A stretch of 64,000 bases of DNA from Paraspadella gotoi (Eukaryota; Animalia; Chaetognatha): positions 4,856,686-4,920,685 of the forward strand of contig CM119269.1 of the NCBI GenBank assembly GCA_051294375.1, in the 5' to 3' direction. The position numbers and the translations under genes are program-made. Position 1 is the stretch's first letter, and every line of letters begins with the position of its first letter. Below the pieces are notes generated by a model that worked only from the letters and a program-made list of their open reading frames with translations, had not been told where the DNA came from and did not search any database. Positions 55,511-64,000 of this stretch are shown piece after piece.

Positions 55511-56904
55511 GTTTAGATAGACAATTATCTTGTCGTTATAATTTATGTTAAATATTTTACATTTACTGATAGGAAATGATGTCAATATTGTTGATGTAAC
55601 AATTCAAAATCAATCGACCCACGCTGTGAAAAATAATCTTACAAAAATGCGTCATTTTCAACGCCCAATTTTTAAAAAATCTGCGTTTCAGTTAAATTTT
55701 CTTTTGGTTCCACCTTAAAATTTTTAGCTTTTGCCGAGTGACTTCATTGTAATAAAAAAATTGAATCTTTGATATACTTTTGAACCAAAAAATAGACTAG
55801 AACGATGAGACTGAGTATCATATTAAGCCATAATTATGGCGGCATTCTTTCCATATTAATTTTCTCAAATATTTCCACGGTATTTTTAAAAAATCTTGAT
55901 CGGGAATCTTAGTCAAAAGCTATAACAACTTTTGAAATTAAATAATCACACTTGGCTGTATTTAAAAAAATAAATAACCCTATAGATCTGAAAAGAGAAA
56001 AGACTGATTATGTTTCTGATCATAAACAAAAAATTCTATACCTCAAATGTTTATATAATTTTTACTAAGGATAATGAATTATCATTTGTTGAAAACAAAA
56101 AATTTAAAAAATCAATGAAGGAACCTTAAAAAACATATGATTTAAATATGAAAATTTAGAGTTCAAAAACTTTGTTCGGCTGATTTAAAAACTACTGACA
56201 TTAGGTAAAGGGCTATATTATCGATTTTTAAAATTTTTGCTTCATCTTTCAGGTGCAAATTAAAACCTTTGCATAATGCCATTACTATATTAATATAACT
56301 ATTTTTTATTAAAAAAGCATAACAATTTTTAAGAAACACGCCAAATGCATGTAGCTGTATGGTAAAATTGTTGTTTTATTTTTTATTATAATACAAGGCT
56401 TTATCAATAAAGGGTAAATTGCAAAGAAATAAGTTATTCAAGGCTCCATATTGATACTATGAGTTATCAATGAATTTTCTTTGCCGGCAACGAAATGTAC
56501 TAAAAGACATTGTAGTTCATTAGCTAATCTTTATTTTTATAATTTTAAAGGGCATGTTTTGGCAAAAACAGTAAGAAACAAAAATGACAACAAATTTTAG
56601 ATGAAAAAAATTTGAATTAATTGCTATTATTTTCTTACTTATTCGCGTCAATTTATTTTTTCTTATGTGCTTGAAAGTTAGGTAAACCCAACAGAATCGG
56701 AATCAGTGCATGACAAAGCTGTGATATTTAATTGACTTAACAGTAATACCGCAAAATAAAAAAAATTAAAAAGAATTCAGACCAAGCGTCGTGTTTATTT
56801 TCAGTGATTTTTAGTCAAGAACCTTTATGGATTTTCTGTGTTCCGGCGGCGTTGGATAGCCCAAACACTTGCAGTTTCAGAAATCATCCATGGTTTTGTA
56901 AAAA

Positions 56905-56962
56905 TTTGTGAGATTCGAACCCCGTGATGAGACAGCCACGTTGGCGACTCAGCTAAGTCGCC
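56905..56962 (-). mobile_element. tRNA-like head (Pol III A and B boxes): SINE 5' end or tRNA pseudogene fragment
   Basis: Minus strand GGCGACTTAGCTGAGTCG (T8, A9, G10, A14, G15 as in tRNA; A box), then GGTTCGAATC (B box) ~25 nt downstream. No complete cloverleaf. Confidence 0.4.
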
Positions 56963-57379
56963 ACTTCTGTAGTTAGTAATATTATTTCCATAGTTACATA
57001 ATTAAATTGTACACACAGTTATTTGTTTGCCTTTTGTTTTACGAAACAAAAAGATCATTCCAATATACAAAGAATCAGCTGACTTAAGTTGTTTATTTCA
57101 TCTATGATTTCCAACTTATTTGGAAACCATTTTACAAAGCCAAATGAAAGTTAACAACTTCTCTTTAAAACTTGTAGTATTATAATTATTTGTTGTTGTC
57201 TTTTCATCAATGTATAATTAATTAATTAATTATTAGGATGCTGCTTTGTCATATACGATGTTTCAATTGCTTGTTGGCAAAAGCAATGGAATATCTATAT
57301 GCTTTATTATTTATTTAAGGTTGCTTTTAATTCTCTCAACCAAGCAAATGGATTTAAACTAACTTACCAGGTTGATAAA

Positions 57380-58175
57380 CAATTCGCGGACTGCACGAGC
57401 GTCAGCGCCAGCGCCACTTCCCGGTCAAATCAAGTAAAAGATTAGATGACGCAATCGTATCAAACTCGACTCAACCAGCGTCTCTACATTGGTAAACCGA
57501 CGCGAAATTTTCCAAACCCTTATACAACGGCCCAACATCAGGCATATCATGAGCGAATCTCGCGAAAAACTCGTCACACTCTCCTCTCACAACAGCAATT
57601 ACTGCTCAACGTCTCAACAAATCTTTTACAGAGGGCGCCGCTCCCGGTGAGAACTTCACCAAACATTCTGCCGACGCAACCTGGCGCGCCAGTATTGGAC
57701 TTCTGCCAGGTCACCCAACGTCAGGAATCTGTCCCTCACATCAACGGCGAAATGGCGGGCCGTATCCGGCTCTGAAAGAGACAGAGCGGCTTTCGGCTCC
57801 CCCTTGCAGCGGCGGCTCCAAAGCCTCGAGAAGAAAAAGAAAACCAGAATTACCGGTTTTGATCCCAAAAATATCGACATCTTGGATACGTTGGGTCGAG
57901 GCAGCTTGTTATTCCGAGCCAACATCAAGGACGCCTAGTGAGAAGTTTGCTCATCTGATGATTGCGTCGACGCCAATGCTCGCGTAAACGCGTTTCTCGT
58001 ATGGCGACCATCCGAAGCAATTGACTGATTTATCGCCTATCTGCGCAAGGAGTTACGGCATGACGCCGCGCCAGAAACGGCGCTTCCTCCTTGATGGTTT
58101 CAGCCGCGACGGACTGCGCCCATCTCAGCCAGCTAGCCGGCTGGAGAGAAGTCAGGCATCACTATCGACGGACAT
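57380..58175 (+). pseudogene. Degraded or frameshifted fragment resembling DIRS-type (tyrosine recombinase) retrotransposon RNase H C-terminus plus YR N-terminal domain
   Basis: Motifs read by eye across frameshifts, in the expected order: IKLDSTSVSTLVNR, IMSESREKLVTL, PGENFTKHSADA (compare DN..vv..in / M.l.R.l / hiPG..N..AD.LSR), then VEAACYSEPT, EKFAH, PSEAID*FIAYLRKE, AHLSQLAG. Not alignment-verified. Confidence 0.35.
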
Positions 58176-58585
58176 TAAAAAGAAGACCAGTTGATCTCTC
58201 CTTTAGAGAGAGAGAGAGAGAGAGTTAAAAGGAAAAATGAAAAACAAACAGAAACCAAGAAAGAAATAAAAAGAAATATCGCGTAAACGCAAAACAACAG
58301 AATAAAATTAAGAAGCGAAAAGAATATCAGAGAAAAAAAGAAAGAGAGAGAGAGAGAGAGAGAGATAACCGTAAATACACAAAGAGAAAACAATAGAATT
58401 CGGTCCAGAATAAAAAACGAGGCCTTTTTTCAAATAATTCGGGTCGCAAAGATGACGATGATGATGACGATAACGACGATATCGATGAGGAAAATGTTGA
58501 TGATGATGAAGATAATAACAACGAAGACGACGAATTGGTTAATTGATTAATTAATTAATTAATTGATTAATTGCTTAATCAAGTA

Positions 58586-59018
58586 TGTCATCCTTCATAT
58601 CCTTCTTCCCCGGGGGCGGTGCTAGGGGCGGCCCCTCGGGGTGGCTCCACCTGGCGGCCATGAGGGGCGGGCAAATCTTTACCACCTAAAGGCGGCCCTT
58701 TGCGGCCTTTTTTTTAGCCCCAGGGGGCAACCCCAGGGGGAATCCCCTTTGGTTTAGAGAAATATTTCCCCTCGGGGGTAGCCCCGAGGGGTGATGAATT
58801 TGCCAGCCTTTTGGAAAAGCTCTTTCTCTCTCTTCTCTCTCTCCACTATTGCTTCTATTACCACTATTGCTCCAGGGGGAACCCCCCTGCGGTGGCCCCC
58901 TGGGGCTATCCAGAGGGGGCGCCCCCTCAATGACCATTTTCTGTTCCCCCTAGAATAGTCTGCCCTCTGGGGCCGCCCCTAGAGCCACCCCGCGGGGCGG
59001 AGGTTTTGGGAGATGACA
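58586..59018. mobile_element. GC-rich MITE (~433 bp) with imperfect terminal inverted repeats and TA flanks
   Basis: TA|TGTCATC ... GATGACA|TA termini. Subterminal CTAGGGGCGGCCCC (58622-58635) is inverted as GGGGCCGCCCCTAG (~58969-58982), and there are further internal inverted GC blocks. Sharp GC contrast with the flanks. Confidence 0.65.
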
Positions 59019-59423
59019 TATCTCTAATTTTTCATGCGATTTGTAATGATGATGAATCGATTAGGATAATGATGACGATGATGATTCTTAGTATTACAAT
59101 CAGACGTTTTAGGTCGCTATTATACTTACATTATTATGTCGTTGGTGAAAAGACAAAGAGTTCGTCATAGTTAAAAGCGTCATTTGTTTCGAGCTTCGCG
59201 TTTATCGCAGCTAAATACTTTTCTATCCTTTCTTATTGAGCAGCTAATCATTACATATTATCCTTTTTTTTTTTCTTTTCTTTGATTCTTTCAAAAACTT
59301 AAATCTTTGCGTTTTAAGATTTATTCTCTAATACCCGAAATCCGACATAAATCCGGTGGGGCAAACTCCCAAATTCACTGTATTAAATATGTCTCTGTCT
59401 CTCTCTGCTCTCTCTCTCTCCTC

Positions 59424-59469
<46 letters not shown>

Positions 59470-61059
59470 ATCCTTCTCTCTCTCTCTCTCGTTCCCCGGT
59501 AGATTCCGAGATTTATGACCTTCCTTCCCTTGCAAAGATTGGTAATCGAAANNNNNNNNNNNNNNNNNNNNNNNNNNNNNNNNNNNNNNNNNNNNNNNNN
59601 NNNNNNNNNNNNNNNNNNNNNNNNNNNNNNNNNNNNNNNNNNNNNNNNNNNNNNNNNNNNNNNNNNNNNNNNNNNNNNNNNNNNNNNNNNNNNCAATGAT
59701 AGTAAGAACGACCCTTCAGGGACGAAAGAAAGGAAAAAAAGGAGCAAAATTTGATGAAAAGTAGCGAATCTTTTCGAGATACGAAGATCGGGCACCATGA
59801 GAGCTTTTTGCTTTAGCTGTCGCTAGATATACTGATATAGTGACGGAGAAAGTAAGAAAAACGGGAAAAAAAGAATAAAAAAGAGAGAAAGAAAGAGAGG
59901 GCGAGCGAATTTACACTTGCAAAATTTAAGATGACAAAAGAAAGAATTTTTTATAACGTCAAAAACGTCAGCCGCATTCAGTCTGAAGGTGGAAGAAATA
60001 TGAAGGAAAAAAAGAAAGAAAGAAGGAAGATTAAAACGAGGAAGAAAAATGATGGGGAAAAGAGGAAGACGATTCGAATTAAAGGGAGGAAAGGAAAGAA
60101 AAAAAAGAAAGGGACAAAAAGGAAAGAATGGAGGAAAGTCTTAGGAAAGAAAGAAAACCGTGAGAAAAACATTGTGCATAAACAAGTGTCGATGGCCGTA
60201 TCTNNNNNNNNNNNNNNNNNNNNNNNNNNNNNNNNNNNNNNNNNNNNNNNNNNNNNNNNNNNNNNNNNNNNNNNNNNNNNNNNNNNNNNNNNNNNNNNNN
60301 NNNNNNNNNNNNNNNNNNNNNNNNNNNNNNNNNNNNNNNNNNNNNNNNNNNNNNNNNNNNNNNNNNNNNNNNNNNNNNNNNNNNNNNNNNNNNNNNNNNN
60401 NNNNNNNNNNNNNNNNNNNNNNNNNNNNNNNNNNNNNNNNNNNNNNNNNNNNNNNNNNNATCCCCAGCCCCCCACTCCTGCCGTTTCTCCCCCCCCCCCC
60501 GTACTCCTCAACCCCGGCCCCCGTTCTTGCATCGCGAATCAATCATGCTCAAAGTTCTCCAGGGTCCTCGTAGGGATTTCCTTCTCTTCGTCCAGTTGAC
60601 GCTCGAGATTTTCTCGTCCGGGGGAATTAAAGACGTTTCTCTCCCGCCAATGGGAGAAGAGGAATATTCTTTTTTTTCTTCCAGGGAAACCTGCCGATGG
60701 TAGGTTGCTTTTTTTTCGTAATAAGTATAAATAAATGCTTTTATAAATAGTTTATAAATAGATTATTTTCATAAGAAATTTATAATATCGTAGAAGATTA
60801 AGAGTTTTTGTGTATTTGTTGGTTCGCAATTTGCCTAACGCTGGAATTTTCTGAAAAAAAAAACACAAAGAAAGCAAATACATTTCATTCCTCTCCTTAT
60901 CTTAGAAATGATTGTAAACAGAAAAGGAAAATATAAACAGGATATCTCCTCTCTTTTTTTCTCGCCCTCCCGGACGGTGCCCGGCCTAATTACAGCTTTT
61001 CCCGTCACCGATCGTTCGACGTCGGGACTCGCTCAATTCCATTCATGGAACTGAAGTGT

Positions 61060-61150
61060 TGAAAGTTAAAAGTTAAAAGTTTAAAGTTTAAAGTTTAAAG
61101 TTTAAATTTTTAAGTTAAAGTTTAAAAGTTTAAAGTTTAAAGTTTAAATT
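61060..61150 (+). repeat. (AAAGTTT)n heptamer repeat (inverted copy 55410-55500)
   Basis: About 12 units. Confidence 0.85.
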
Positions 61151-62739
61151 TAACTCCGTAAACTTTTCCATTCGAAGCTTCGGTCTCGTTTAAATTACAA
61201 TATCAATCAACTGAGTTAAATGAAGTCATCCTTAAGGACTCATTCCATCATAAATCGCTATAACAATTTCTTCTACTTTTTTAATATCAAGTTATTATAC
61301 AAGAAATACAGAGCATTTTCTCGTCAGTTCTTGTACGCTCTTGCGTATTATTTTCCCTTCTCTTGTAAATTCAATTCGACGATAAAGATACTTGACTCTC
61401 CTCCACATGTGAAAGTCTCACTCTCACAATTTCACGATCGAAAATCAACGTCAAAATTGTGCGGCTCGTCACCACCGCCCTCGTTACTTGCCACGGTCAC
61501 TTGCCACTGTTGCAAGGAAGCGTCAATCGCAACTATAATTAACTACAGTCACTTGCCACGGCCACTAGCCACGGTTGCAACGGTCACTAGCTACGTTCAC
61601 TCTTCTCTCGTGAACCAAATAGCGACGACCCAATCGCGAAAAGAATCTGCATAAAAGTTCAATCAAGCCGCCGCCGCCGCCGCCGCCGACGCCTCCCGCC
61701 TTGTTTTAACTTCCAAAACCACCACCTGCAGTTTAACCCTTCAGCTGGAAAAACCACCAACCCGTCCATAAAATCTTAGGGAGCTCCCACTCTAGTTTCA
61801 CCTCCCTAAATGAAAACACCCCAATTCTTCCATGGATTGTCTTTCCTCCTCGACCACGCCTCATGTCTCCTCTCACTAGTATCTCCTTTAAATGACTTCG
61901 AACCACCCCCTTTCTCTCGTTACCTCCCAAATTTACCTGCCCCCCCTCCTCTTACCTCTCGTTCCAACCCTCATTGGTCAACCCCTTTCTTCACCCCCTC
62001 CCCTCTAATCCCCATCCTCGCTCCAGGGGTTCCAGATAAATCTCCGCCTTTCCCCATAGAATATCAATGGGGAAGCATTAACCATCGCTGATTGGCACCA
62101 CAATTCAATCTCATGACCTTTTTTTTTTAAGGGGAGTAAGACTGAGGGATCGGAGGTGGTCATCCGGAGGCGTGGGGATGGGTGGAGTTGAAGGTGGGTC
62201 ACTGGGTCGGAGTGGCTGGGAGTGGTGGAGACGTGCGTGAGGATATCCAGGAAAAAAATCGGCGTATTTTAATCAGAATGATCATTAGAATCGATCGCGA
62301 AAAATATCATTAATAACTACAAAAACTGACCCGAGTTCGATATAAGAATTAGTCGCCGCACGAAAAGAGCGACTTAAATGTAAAAATTTCCTATTTCGTG
62401 CAACAAAAAAAAAAGTCAAATACTATCCTCATGTTACAGACGAATCCATATTTACAACAAAAATAAAAATACAAAACTGCGCAATGAAAAGAAACCCACC
62501 TCAATATATATACATTTGCCATCGCAATTCTTCGAAATGACTTCCTCCCCCCCGGGGCCCCCATGCCGCCATCAGCCGCCAAAAAAAGCCAGATTTTCCT
62601 TTCTCTCTTTTTTTTCTTTTTTTCTTTTTTTCTTTTTTTCTTTTTTTTTTTTTTGTTGCGACGCGCGAATCGATTTATTCCTTCATTTCGTCGATCCAAT
62701 CTTCTCAGCCGTTTATTCATCGGTCCGTCGAGGGAGATC

Positions 62740-62781
<42 letters not shown>

Positions 62782-63484
62782 CCAAGCAAACGATCCGATT
62801 TGAGAAGAGGCGTTGTTGTTGTCGTTGTTGTCGTTGTCGTCCTTTCGTTGTTGATGGTTCGTCCCTTAAATGGTTTGCTGGACTCATTTTACTAGTTAGC
62901 CTAATTTAAGCGAATTATTTAAAGCCTTAATTCGACCGCGAATTTGACCCCCGTATTAATATTGAGACGCGATCCCCGAGTCGGCCAATTACGAAAGGCG
63001 ATGCTAGAACGAGTTTCGCTTTCGGACGTTGTGACTTCATCATTTGACCGTTTTTGAGAGTCAAAGATGACGGTAGACGCGACGCCGCAAATGACGCTCT
63101 GATATATTAATGAAAAGGCGGGACGTTAAATGGATTTCAGTCGAATTTGCTTTAGCAGACAAGACTATATAAAATTCACTTTTTTCTGTCTGTTTAATAA
63201 CAACAACAGACTCAGCCTCTTATTCAAAACGATATATTGGTTTTGGCGAAGCTAATATCGTTTTTTGACGTCGATATCTCTCCTTAGATTTGACGCCAAA
63301 AGTTGTTTTTTAAAGAAGACATCAAAGAAGCCGATGACCTATGACCTTTTAGCGACCCGTCCGTCTGTCCCGTTAATACGGACTTCATTTCGATAATCAG
63401 ATATGAAAATTGGCATCTTGACATGATTCTGACATAATATTAAAGCAATCAATTTGTCCTCTATCTCATTGAATAATACCTCAT

Positions 63485-63562
63485 TTTCATCTCATCTCAT
63501 CTCATCTCATCTCATCTCATCTCCCCTCATCTCATCTCATCTCATCTCATCTCATCTCATCT
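63485..63562 (+). repeat. (CTCAT)n pentanucleotide microsatellite (inverted copy ~52952-53032)
   Basis: About 15 units. Confidence 0.9.
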
Positions 63563-63879
63563 AATATCCTTCCCACAACATTATTCCCTCCCGCAAAAAT
63601 ATCCTTACTCGCTCACGCTCTCTCTCTCTCTCTCTCTCTCTCTCCTTTACAGTTGGGCTTAATGGTTCCCGAATGAAAAGTGAAAAGTGAAAAGAGTTCC
63701 TGGCTCCGTTCACATTCGCCCACCTTGACTCACCCCTTTCGTTTCTTTCTTTTTTTTTTTTTTCTCTCTCTACCTAACCCTTGACCGTCTCTTGACACCT
63801 TTTTCCCTTATCTGTTGGCCCGTCCTGCCTGTTCTCTCTGTCTCTTTCTCTCTCTCTCTCTCTTCTTCTCTATGTCTCT

Positions 63880-63947
<68 letters not shown>

Positions 63948-64000
63948 AGAGAGAAACGCTAAGAGCCAAGAGCCAAAAAAGGGAAAACCATAAAAGGAGC

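Noticed and set aside
55800-56450. Possible hAT transposase remnant (LSFVENKKFKK resembles the hAT 'F..VE...F' motif)
   Set aside because: Only one short motif in AT-rich, stop-ridden sequence; a frameshift-aware HMM search would be needed.
57820-58020. Homeodomain/POU (RRKRK...) or Sox HMG box (NAFLVW) similarity
   Set aside because: The downstream conserved residues (WFxNRR; RRK...NPKMHNSEISK) are absent.
52290-63735. Giant TIR element (Polinton/foldback) with 3-kb inverted arms enclosing 55.5-60.4 kb
   Set aside because: The arms differ mainly by 1-bp indels, sub-block order is inconsistent with TIRs, and no integrase, polB or transposase ORF or TSD is visible. Misassembly is more parsimonious.

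Overview
This is eukaryotic, most likely invertebrate animal, draft-genome DNA. It is AT-rich, intron-rich and dense in microsatellites (CT/GA, GAC, GAAA, ATC, GGATA), with many N gaps. I see no prokaryotic genes, rRNA, CRISPR array or intact transposase, and almost all ORFs in the track are simple-repeat artefacts. The supportable content is: (1) exons of a minus-strand gene (~6.6 kb to 0.8 kb) encoding a low-complexity Ser/Ala/Gly/Pro/Gln-rich protein with no recognisable domain; (2) phase-compatible exons of a divergent plus-strand gene (12.8-14.2 kb), with CpG palindromes and a TAATTG minisatellite between the two genes; (3) isolated candidate exons near 19.9 kb and 51 kb; (4) non-autonomous TEs: two copies of a HINE/DINE-1-like element, a TA-flanked GC-rich MITE, a tRNA-like SINE head, and a degraded fragment resembling DIRS RNase H plus tyrosine recombinase; (5) several minisatellites. 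From ~23 kb onward much of the window is three loci each present about twice, as direct or inverted indel-rich copies, and five gaps of exactly 25 N sit at copy boundaries. This is best explained as long-read gap-filling misassembly. I found no convincing novel biological system; the best leads are listed with tests.
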